32,000 nucleotides of DNA from an uncultured Chloroflexia bacterium. Its GTDB lineage: Bacteria > Chloroflexota > Ktedonobacteria > Ktedonobacterales > JADMIN01. Of this stretch, positions 24,799 through 32,000 are shown in pieces. Numbering within the stretch: the stretch's first letter is position 1; the number at the start of each line of letters is the position of its first letter. The stretch covers positions 480,001 through 512,000 of the forward strand of contig CAVRAI010000004.1 of NCBI GenBank assembly GCA_963718915.1. The letters are read 5' to 3'. The notes beneath the pieces were generated by a model. It saw nothing but the letters and a program-made list of their open reading frames with translations. It made no database searches and had not been told where the DNA came from. The position numbers were made by a program, and so were the translations under genes.

Positions 24799-25317
24799 TC
24801 AATGGATGTCTTTGACGGTGTAGATGACCGTTCCTCCCGGTGTGGACACCTCGACTTTGTCGCCGATGGCATGGCCCATGAGCGCTCGCCCAACTGGAGA
24901 TTGGTCAGAGAGTTTGCCAGTCGTTGAATTAGCCTCGGCGCTGCTCACCAGCGTGAAGGTGCGGCTCGTGCCACGATCTGTCTCGACGTCGATGCTGGTG
25001 CCCAGTCGTACCGTGCGCTTGCCGCCGGTATGCTGCGGTGTTTCCAGAATGACCGCATGTTCCAGCAGGTGCTGAAGTTCCTGTATCTCACCCTCGACCA
25101 TAGCCTGGAGATTTTTCGCGTCTTCATACGCGCTACTTTCAGAGATATCGCCAGCTTCCTTGGCCTCGTGAATATAGTCGGCAACTTGCTGGCGACGCTC
25201 GGTGATGAGAAACGTGAGGCGAGCCTGATTCTCCTCGTAACCCTCACGTGTCAATGGAATGCGCTCTGTCTCGGCGGCGCGTCCCCCGTGACTATTATTT
25301 GTCGCATTTGTCGCCAT
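24799..25317 (-). CDS. greA: Transcription elongation factor GreA
   Basis: IPLTREGYE...L..L...R..V...I.EA...GD.SE.S.Y..AK, and a C-terminal domain ...SP.GRAL.G...GD.V.V..P.G. Start set at the ATG at 25317 with AAGGAG upstream. The 186 extra N-terminal codons in the ORF track have no GreA counterpart and cover the promoter and leader. Confidence 0.9.
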   Translation of the reverse strand: MATNATNNSHGGRAAETERIPLTREGYEENQARLTFLITERRQQVADYIHEAKEAGDISESSAYEDAKNLQAMVEGEIQELQHLLEHAVILETPQHTGGKRTVRLGTSIDVETDRGTSRTFTLVSSAEANSTTGKLSDQSPVGRALMGHAIGDKVEVSTPGGTVIYTVKDIH

Positions 25318-25438
25318 AGTCCATACTCCTTGCTTCTCCGTATAGGTTGGTGGCTGTGTGCGCTGTAACGCGAACGAACTGCCCTTGGCCGCGCAGGCCG
25401 CGCCACGGAGATATGCCGGTTGGCCCGGCTTGCAGCAT

Positions 25439-25470
25439 AAAAAAACTGGCGGGGTCCAAAAGGCCCGCCA
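25439..25470 (-). terminator. Promoter-proximal intrinsic terminator inside the greA leader
   Basis: Minus strand: TGGCGGG(CC)-UUUU-(GG)ACCCCGCCA stem (7 bp, extendable by 2), then G and TTTTTTT (25445-25439). It is 122-153 nt upstream of the greA ATG. No upstream minus-strand gene needs terminating here. Confidence 0.7.
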
Positions 25471-25499
25471 CAGGCTCATCTTGCCAGAAGATGCCTGCA

Positions 25500-25529
25500 A
25501 GTATATGCGTGGATGAATGCGAATGTCAA
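25500..25529 (-). promoter_or_regulatory. Sigma70-type greA promoter
   Basis: Minus strand: TTGACA (25529-25524), 18 nt, TATACT (25505-25500). The predicted TSS is near 25492, about 50 nt upstream of the leader terminator's U-tract. Confidence 0.5.
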
Positions 25530-25698
25530 GGTGTATAGAGCAAGCGAATGGCGGTGGATTGCATTGGATTGCATTGATAGCATCGTGGCGCAGACGCATG
25601 ATTGATGGTCGCGATTGTGCGAGGCGTCGCTTGCGCCATGCATGCTTGGGCTGGTACGATAGGCCGGGCGTGAGAAGTCTGGCATCAGGAGAAAACAG

Positions 25699-27150
25699 GT
25701 GGAGAATCAGGAGCCATTTGTTACGATTCCGCTGCGGAACGGCGCATCGGCGACGGTGCGACACGATGGCGTGCATGTGGATGAGCGGATGTATGCGCTG
25801 GCCGATGTTCAGGATGCGCGCCAGGTCGCGCCTGACCCTGTAACAATTGCGCTGCGCGTGGCGAACGAGCGTCACGTCGTCGAGCTTCAGCCCGCACAGG
25901 CTAGCGATGGCGCGTTATTGCTTGAAGCCTTGTTCCGGCTGCGGCCAGAATTACGGCCAGCAGGCTTTGAGGCGCCCGCGACGCTTCCCGCGGGTTTCCC
26001 ACCGCTGCCGCAGCCAACACACCAACAAGTGGCCCCTGCCCCATGGGGAGCGCACCCAAGCTGGCCGCCACACCCGGGCATGTATCCGCCACCGCCCCAA
26101 CCCGCGTTGCCACCGTCTATGCCTCCTTATGCTTCCCCACACTATCCACCCGTCGGCGCAACTGGTGGTCGTTTGACACCCTATCCACGTGGCGTCGGTG
26201 AGTTGATCGGAGCGACATTCGCACTGTTCACGGCGCACTGGCGAAGTTGGCTGCTGCTGGGTCTGGTGGCGCTCTTCGTACCCCAGATGGTAAATGGCGC
26301 GGTGGATGCGGTATTCCACGTGCTCGGAGGCAATGATCTCTGGGCTGGCTTGTCGTTGACGTCACAGAGCGCGGGGAGCGGCGGTCTCGGCTTAGGCAGC
26401 ACAACCTTGCCCCAGGGCCGTGATCTGCTGCTGACCTCTCTCGACCTATTGATAACAGCGATAGTGAGTGCGTTGATTAGTGGATGGTCTGCCGCTGTCC
26501 TGGGAAATGCGGGCCGCTATGCGTTGTTTGGCCGTGCCCCGAAGATTGGCGAGTCGCTACGCGCCGGGCTAAAGCGGGCTTTCCCGGCGCTGGGCGCCAG
26601 CATTCTCAGCGGCGCAATTGTGCTGCTTATCTTGCTGCCGGTTCTTGTCCTCTATGGCATCTTGCTCACACAGTTCGGCGATGCTTTAAAGGATCCGACC
26701 AGTCTCGATTCGTCGTCAACAGCCGGTGCTGTTTTCACGCTGCTGGGGTGCCTGACATTGCTCTTCATGGTGCCCTGTATCATCTTTGCGATCTACGTCT
26801 ATGTGCGGCTCATCCTGTCTCCCTATATCGCTGCGACGGAGGCGCTGGGGCCAGTTGCGTCGCTACGCCGTAGCTGGAATCTGACGCGCAGGCAGTGGGC
26901 GCGTGTCTTCTGGCCATTATTCGTGACTGCAGTGCTCGTCGCTATCATTTCATTCCCTGTCAGTTTTGTGGAGTATGCATCGTATGGAGTCGCAGCGCTG
27001 ATAGCGAATCCGCTGATTTCCGCGTTGACAGCGCCACTCGTTGCGCTTGCGGCAATTTCCGTGCTCTATGATCTGCGGCTGCGACGAGAGGGCTATGCGG
27101 CGCTTGCGAGCGAGAGTGTTGGCGAGGAGCCAGAGCCGACATCAGTCTAG
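25699..27150 (+). CDS. Hypothetical membrane protein: small N-terminal soluble domain, Pro-rich linker, ~6-TM C-terminal domain
   Basis: GTG start preceded by AGGAG. Residues ~90-165 are Pro-rich (PPHPGMYPPPPQPALPPSMPPYASPHYPP), followed by multiple long hydrophobic helices. No confident family. Confidence 0.8.
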   Translation: MENQEPFVTIPLRNGASATVRHDGVHVDERMYALADVQDARQVAPDPVTIALRVANERHVVELQPAQASDGALLLEALFRLRPELRPAGFEAPATLPAGFPPLPQPTHQQVAPAPWGAHPSWPPHPGMYPPPPQPALPPSMPPYASPHYPPVGATGGRLTPYPRGVGELIGATFALFTAHWRSWLLLGLVALFVPQMVNGAVDAVFHVLGGNDLWAGLSLTSQSAGSGGLGLGSTTLPQGRDLLLTSLDLLITAIVSALISGWSAAVLGNAGRYALFGRAPKIGESLRAGLKRAFPALGASILSGAIVLLILLPVLVLYGILLTQFGDALKDPTSLDSSSTAGAVFTLLGCLTLLFMVPCIIFAIYVYVRLILSPYIAATEALGPVASLRRSWNLTRRQWARVFWPLFVTAVLVAIISFPVSFVEYASYGVAALIANPLISALTAPLVALAAISVLYDLRLRREGYAALASESVGEEPEPTSV

Positions 27151-27458
27151 CTATCATCCCGTGACAGTGGCCTGACAAAAACCAGGCCGACCAGAACACT
27201 CCCGCAGGACAGATGTCCTTGCTCATTACTCCCGGCGTCTGTGAACGTTATGAGAGATAGAGAAACCTCACTGGCGTGCCGCCATGGCCCGTCAGTCGCC
27301 TCCCAGGTGGACGAGGAACGCGGGAGCGGCCAGCGATATGTCCCACGGCGTCGCTTCCCGTATTGCCAGGAGAGATGATAGGGCTTACGATGCGCGCAGG
27401 TGTATCGGTCTGGGCTTGAAAGTGAGGATGTGACAGCGCGTGCGGACGGGCTGTCATA

Positions 27459-28328
27459 ATGGCAGGCATGGCAAAGAACACACCCGGAAAACCTCATCCA
27501 CCATCCCTCGGCAACTTGCCGCTGATCCATGCCAGTTCCCAGGTGGAATATTGGCTTGGGCACTATTGGGAACAGCTTAAGATACCCACCAGTCAGTTAC
27601 GCTTTCTCGCCATTACGATGGATCGCCAGGAGTTCGCGGAATGGACTGGGCGAAGGCTTCAGTCGATGGCGCTTGGTTGTTATTGCTACCTGCCGCTCAG
27701 CAACATTGCCGGTACCGTGACTGACCATAGCGCCTCGCCTGATATTGTCGAAGTCGCCACTGAAGAGCGGACTGCCTCACGAACGCCATCGCTTCAGCCG
27801 ACGCTACCTGGCTTCGATACATACATAGACTACTATGCTCACGGAACCTCTTCTTTCGCACCGGCAGGCGACTTTCGCCATCTCATTTTCATCGAGCCAG
27901 GTATGCTCGAACGCGGCATCGAGGTGACGGTTGCCCACGAGCTGATTCACCTGTCGGATCGCGTGCAGGGACGACCACGCAAACATCAGTGCCATGGCAA
28001 CGACTCCATCTCGTTCGACGAGGCGGTGATTACCGGACGGGATGCCGAGACACTCCGCCGAGAGTTGGCCGAGGAGACGCGGCGGCGTGAAGAGTCGCTA
28101 CGGCGTATTCGCCCCTATAAATACTTCTACTATTGCCCTCAGTGCCATCGCGGTTATCCACGTGTGCGGCGCTATGCGCGGCCAGTCTCCTGTGGCCATT
28201 GCTTTCGCCAGTATAATCCCGACTTTGTGTTGCGACTGCGCCTCGCGCCAGATGGCCCGGATGTCGATCCAGAGTATGTAATGCCGCAGGAAGCGCTGGG
28301 CGACTCCGGCGACTCCATCACTGAGTAG
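27459..28328 (+). CDS. Putative SprT-like zinc metallopeptidase with C-terminal zinc ribbon
   Basis: HExxH motif in TVAHELIHLSD. C-terminal CxxC...CxxC (YYCPQCHRGYPRVRRYARPVSCGHCFRQY) resembles the SprT-family ribbon. The start is uncertain (ATG at 27459 or 27468). The N-terminal half is not recognisable. Confidence 0.6.
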   Translation: MAGMAKNTPGKPHPPSLGNLPLIHASSQVEYWLGHYWEQLKIPTSQLRFLAITMDRQEFAEWTGRRLQSMALGCYCYLPLSNIAGTVTDHSASPDIVEVATEERTASRTPSLQPTLPGFDTYIDYYAHGTSSFAPAGDFRHLIFIEPGMLERGIEVTVAHELIHLSDRVQGRPRKHQCHGNDSISFDEAVITGRDAETLRRELAEETRRREESLRRIRPYKYFYYCPQCHRGYPRVRRYARPVSCGHCFRQYNPDFVLRLRLAPDGPDVDPEYVMPQEALGDSGDSITE

Positions 28329-28339
28329 CTCGTGCAAAG

Positions 28340-29122
28340 CTACAGTGAAGCGGGTGTGGTCGAGTCCGCTGGAGGCCGCGGAATCCTCATCCAGTCGAGC
28401 AGGTCATAGAGTGTCGTCGCGACGAGGCAATCTATCTGCGCGGGATCATGCACGCGACGGCGGTCGAGCAGAATTGGTGTGATCCCGACAGCGCGCGCGC
28501 CCAACACATCGAGTACATAGGAGTCGCCGATGTGAAGGGTATAGTCGGGGATGGCGTCGGCACGCTCGAGCGCCGTCTGGAAGAGTTGCGGATCGGGTTT
28601 CGCTCGGCGAGCCTGCGCGGAGATGACCGCGAAATCAAAGAAGTCTATCAGGTCATAATGGCGCAGGATCAGGCTCAGGCTCACCCCCCAGTCGGAGATC
28701 ACGCCGAGGGTCAGGCCATGCTCATGTAGCGCATGCAGGCAAGGCAGCACATCGGGATAGAGCGCATAGTTGCCCGCGTCGTCAAAGGCGCGAACCGTCT
28801 CCTGGACGCAGATTTCCAGGCGTTCCGGCTGATCGGCGAGGCAGGGGCGGAGCATTTCGGTGAAATAACTCGTCCAGATGCCATTGATGGCATTCTCATC
28901 GCCCCACGTCCAGGGCTGTGCCTTCGACATACTGCGCAGATGATCCTCGGAGCGCTTTTGCTGCTGGCGCAGGCAGTTCACGTCAATCGCCACACCCAGG
29001 CGCTGACTGGCGTCTAGAACAATCTGCGTCACCGATGGATGAGGCGCGAGCAGGGTGTAGCCAACATCGAAGAAGATGGCCCGTACAGCCTGTGGATTGG
29101 GAAGCTCGCGCGGTGCTGACAT
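28340..29122 (-). CDS. HAD-superfamily hydrolase (subfamily IA-like)
   Basis: Motif I IFFDVGYTLL, motif II GVISDWG, motif III/IV K...HIGDSYVLDVLGARAVG. Substrate not predictable. Confidence 0.85.
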   Translation of the reverse strand: MSAPRELPNPQAVRAIFFDVGYTLLAPHPSVTQIVLDASQRLGVAIDVNCLRQQQKRSEDHLRSMSKAQPWTWGDENAINGIWTSYFTEMLRPCLADQPERLEICVQETVRAFDDAGNYALYPDVLPCLHALHEHGLTLGVISDWGVSLSLILRHYDLIDFFDFAVISAQARRAKPDPQLFQTALERADAIPDYTLHIGDSYVLDVLGARAVGITPILLDRRRVHDPAQIDCLVATTLYDLLDWMRIPRPPADSTTPASL

Positions 29123-29160
29123 GAAGTACTCTCCTGGGATATGCGCGACGGGTCAAATGC

Positions 29161-30390
29161 CTATACACCGGTAGATTGCCCGGTATAGATAACCTCGGCG
29201 GCGGCGACGCCCGCGCCAGCGGTCAGCGTATGGCCGAAGCGCGGTAGCAAGCGCTCGAATGCACTAAGCACGCGCAGGATGTTGCGCCTCTCAGCATTGT
29301 AGCCCATGATGCCGACGCGCCATACCTTGCTAGCATAGTCACCCAGACCGCCACCAATCTCGATACCGTCCTCTTCCAGCAGCGCCTTGCGGAGGCCGAC
29401 GACATCACCCACGCCGTCTGGAACGCGCAATGCCGCCACCATCGGCAACTGATGCTCTGGCCCGGCCAATGGTATCATCCCAAGCGCTGCCGCTCCCGCC
29501 CGGAGCGCCATGCCGTTCAGCATGTGGCGAGCGTAGCGGGCGTCCAATCCCTCGGTCAGGGTCAGACGCAGGGCGGTGTGGAGCGCGTAGATGAGCGAGA
29601 CGTTCGATGTGTGGTGGTACGCATGGGGTGGGTTCCAGTAACGCTGGAGCGCCAGCAGATCCAGGTACCAGCTTTGTACCGGCTGCTTGCGTCGCTCGAT
29701 AGCCTGCACGGCACGCGCGCTGAGGGTAATAGGTGCGAGTCCAGGTAGTGCGCCAAGACATTTCTGCGTGCAGCTATAGACGGCGTCGAGTTCCAGTTTA
29801 TCCACTGGGATGGACATTCCGCCGAGCGCCGTTACCGCGTCCACGACAAGTAACGCGCCAATCTCGTGGGCTAGTGCGGCAATGTCCGCCAATGGCTGCT
29901 CTACGCCGGTCGAGGTCTCCGCCAGCACAACTGCGATGGCTTTCACCTGTCCCAATTCTCGCGCCGCCGCGCGGAGCGCATCCGCCGCTATTGGCGTGCC
30001 CCAGTCGCCCGCGACTGTGGTGACCCGCGCGCCGCACCGCGCGCCGATCTCCGCCATCTTCGCACCGAAAAAGCCCGCCGCGCCGACCAACAGCGTATCG
30101 CCTGGCTCCAGCAGATTGCAGAGCGACGCCTCCATCCCAGAGAAGCCCGTGCCTGGGACGGCGAGCGTCAGGGCGTTGCTCGTGCCAAAGACCTGCCGTA
30201 GCATCTCTGCCGTCTCGCCAAGTATCGCCAGGTAGGCTGGATCGAGATGCCCGAGCACCGGAGCAGCCGCAGCCCGCAGCACGGCAGGATGCGGGTTGCT
30301 CGGCCCTGGCCCCATCAATAGCCGCTCAGGCGGCTCGACAGGGGCGTAGACGGCGGATGCGCTTGCGGTCGCTGACGATGCTGCGGGCAT
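29161..30390 (-). CDS. Class-V pyridoxal-phosphate aminotransferase (serine-pyruvate / alanine-glyoxylate type)
   Basis: LLMGPGPSN..P.VL.A, PGTGFSGMEA, and the PLP-lysine context YSCTQKCLGALPGL. SD AAAGGAG upstream. Confidence 0.9.
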   Translation of the reverse strand: MPAASSATASASAVYAPVEPPERLLMGPGPSNPHPAVLRAAAAPVLGHLDPAYLAILGETAEMLRQVFGTSNALTLAVPGTGFSGMEASLCNLLEPGDTLLVGAAGFFGAKMAEIGARCGARVTTVAGDWGTPIAADALRAAARELGQVKAIAVVLAETSTGVEQPLADIAALAHEIGALLVVDAVTALGGMSIPVDKLELDAVYSCTQKCLGALPGLAPITLSARAVQAIERRKQPVQSWYLDLLALQRYWNPPHAYHHTSNVSLIYALHTALRLTLTEGLDARYARHMLNGMALRAGAAALGMIPLAGPEHQLPMVAALRVPDGVGDVVGLRKALLEEDGIEIGGGLGDYASKVWRVGIMGYNAERRNILRVLSAFERLLPRFGHTLTAGAGVAAAEVIYTGQSTGV

Positions 30391-30432
30391 GTGTGCTGCT
30401 CCTTTGCGGTTCTCGTCCGATGAGACTTCAGC

Positions 30433-31548
30433 CTACTTATGGTTATTATCAGGGTCGTCGTTCATATCGGCCAGCTTTTGCGCCTGGTCGGAGGAGATCA
30501 GCGCGTCGATCAGCGGATCGAGATCGCCACCCAGGATACGCGGCAGGTTGTGAAGCGATACGTTGATTCTGTGATCGGTGACACGATCCTGTGGGAAATT
30601 ATAAGTGCGAATCTTCTCGCTGCGGTCGCCTGTCTGCACCTGCGAGCGGCGGGCCGCGCCAAGTTCGGCGTCGCGCTTCTGCTGTTCGAGATCCCACAAG
30701 CGCGAGCGCAGCACACCCAGCGCCTTCGCCTTGTTTTTGAGTTGTGACTTCTCATCCTGGCAGGTGACTACCAGCCCGGTCGGCAGATGGGTGATGCGTA
30801 CGGCGGAGTCGGTCGTGTTGACACTCTGGCCGCCGTGTCCAGTTGAGCGGTAGACATCCACGCGGATATCCTCGGGGCGAATCTCGATTTCGATTTCCTC
30901 GGCCTCTGGCAGCACAATCACCTTCACCGTGGAGGTGTGGATGCGCCCCTGGGACTCGGTGGCGGGTACCCGCTGGACTCGATGGGTTCCACCCTCATAT
31001 TTCATGCGAGCGTAGGCCCCTTTGCCGCGCACCTCGAAGACGACCTCTTTGTAGCCGCCAATGCCGCTCTCATTCTCATCCATCACCTCAATAGTCCAGC
31101 GTTTTGCGTCGGCATAGCGCAGATACATGCGGAAGATGTCGGCGGCGAAGAGACCGGCTTCATCGCCACCTGCGCCTGCCTGGACCGTGACGATGGCGTT
31201 GCGGTCATCCATGATGTCGCGCGGAAGCAACGCGACCTGCACCTCGGTCGTCAGTTCGTCCTCGCGGGCGTGCAGTTCTTCGATCTCTTCATAGGCGAGC
31301 GCGCGCATCTCCTCGTCGAGTCCGTCGCTCAGCATCGCCTCGGTGTCACTGAGTTGCGCGCGTACCTCCTGGAGGGCGCGGTACGTTTCCACCACATCGG
31401 TGATGCTGGCGTATTCGCGCCCATACCGTTGCAGCAATGCGGGATCGCTGGCCGTTGCAGGATCGGCCATGATCGTCTGAAGTTCCTGATAGCGCTGCTC
31501 GAGCGCGGAAAGTTTGCGGTCGAGACTGGCCGTAGTTGTTGTATTCAT
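30433..31548 (-). CDS. prfA: Peptide chain release factor 1
   Basis: RF1-specific PAT tripeptide ([14 protein letters not shown]) and the GGQ motif ([25 protein letters not shown]). Start set at the ATG at 31548 (MNTTTT...) with AGGAGC upstream. Confidence 0.95.
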   Translation of the reverse strand: MNTTTTASLDRKLSALEQRYQELQTIMADPATASDPALLQRYGREYASITDVVETYRALQEVRAQLSDTEAMLSDGLDEEMRALAYEEIEELHAREDELTTEVQVALLPRDIMDDRNAIVTVQAGAGGDEAGLFAADIFRMYLRYADAKRWTIEVMDENESGIGGYKEVVFEVRGKGAYARMKYEGGTHRVQRVPATESQGRIHTSTVKVIVLPEAEEIEIEIRPEDIRVDVYRSTGHGGQSVNTTDSAVRITHLPTGLVVTCQDEKSQLKNKAKALGVLRSRLWDLEQQKRDAELGAARRSQVQTGDRSEKIRTYNFPQDRVTDHRINVSLHNLPRILGGDLDPLIDALISSDQAQKLADMNDDPDNNHK

Positions 31549-31723
31549 GCGGATACGTGCTCCTATGCGCAATGTAGCGTGTTATCGTCGCTCTCTAACA
31601 AAACAAAATAACCTTACGCCGCACTCGTGTCATGGCTGTCTGGCATGCGGCGGACAGACAGACGCCCCATCCTTCACCTCCCAGGTTGCTGGGCAGGGGG
31701 ACGGGGCGCTCTCGGATCAGGCG

Positions 31724-31870
31724 CTAATGCTCGTAATTGGTCTCAATGCTGAGGCGACGCGACCGCTCCTCGGCGAATGCCTGGAGCAGGCCAAGCAGCA
31801 ACGTGCCGAGCATGGCCGCGATCAATATGATCTCCATTGTGCTCAGGCGAATACGCCCCTGCTTATCCAT
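31724..31870 (-). CDS. Possible 48-aa single-TM small protein (below the ORF-track length cut-off)
   Basis: The ATG at 31870 is preceded by GAGAGGA (7-nt spacer). It translates to MDKQGRIRLSTMEIILIAAMLGTLLLGLLQAFAEERSRRLSIETNYEH*, and a long imperfect hairpin (31664-31711) follows. No family recognised. Confidence 0.3.
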   Translation of the reverse strand: MDKQGRIRLSTMEIILIAAMLGTLLLGLLQAFAEERSRRLSIETNYEH

Positions 31871-32000
31871 GCCAGAATCCTCTCATGCGCGGCAGTCACC
31901 AGTTGGCCGCTATCAATCATTGCTCTCTATTATACAACGTAGAGTCGCTCGTACGCTGGCTGTGCTATCAAGCTACGCGAGATACTCAGGAGAAGTAGGG

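Noticed and set aside
25318-25875. The 186-codon N-terminal extension of the greA ORF (24799..25875)
   Set aside because: The extension has no GreA-like sequence. It covers the greA promoter, the leader terminator and part of the divergent gene. A strong AAGGAG SD precedes the internal ATG at 25317.
27147-27563. 138-aa minus-strand ORF between the Pro-rich membrane protein and the SprT-like gene
   Set aside because: No SD and an odd composition (Cys/His/Trp/Arg-rich). It overlaps the start of the better-supported + strand gene.
31724-31870. Prepilin-like (class III signal) reading of the small ORF (…LSTMEIILIAAMLG…)
   Set aside because: It lacks the Gly at -1 and the Glu at +5 spacing of type IV pilin leaders. 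The resemblance is only general hydrophobicity.

Overview
High-GC bacterial chromosomal segment. T-box leaders on aaRS genes, an archaeal-type ProRS, MutS2 and many Pro/Ala-rich linkers suggest Chloroflexota (Ktedonobacteria-like), but that is only a guess. Most of the window is housekeeping: serS, mutS2, a Hanks-type Ser/Thr kinase, glpK, an isoaspartyl peptidase/asparaginase, a DedA protein, a geranylgeranyl-reductase-family flavoprotein, proS, two TrkA-type K+-uptake regulatory subunits, purB, a DUF3224 protein, greA, a HAD hydrolase, a class-V aminotransferase and prfA. I found no rRNA, tRNA, CRISPR array, transposase or integrase. Several ORF-track starts are too far upstream; I trimmed them using Shine-Dalgarno sites and conserved N-termini. 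RNA-level regulation read directly from the sequence: (1) a canonical T-box leader with a Pro CCC specifier and a strong terminator upstream of proS; (2) a T-box leader upstream of serS; (3) a promoter-proximal intrinsic terminator in the greA leader, analogous to E. coli GraL. The most unusual region is a low-GC patch at about 22.2-24.8 kb. It holds two orphan genes (a Cys-rich secreted protein and a 4-TM protein). Their apparent 5' leader contains 13 perfect tandem copies of a 17-bp unit, a duplicated SD-like 13-mer, and an SD+TTG-initiated ORF that reads through the array. Other items worth a second look: a stand-alone TIR-TPR protein, an apparently frameshifted gene with a histone-H1-like AKPT-rich tail, a zinc-ribbon protein with two tandem HTH-like modules, a SprT-like HExxH/zinc-ribbon protein, and CRP-like and palindromic sites upstream of glpK. 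Everything was done by eye; RNA-element and promoter coordinates are good to a few nt, and every family assignment needs an HMM or BLAST check.
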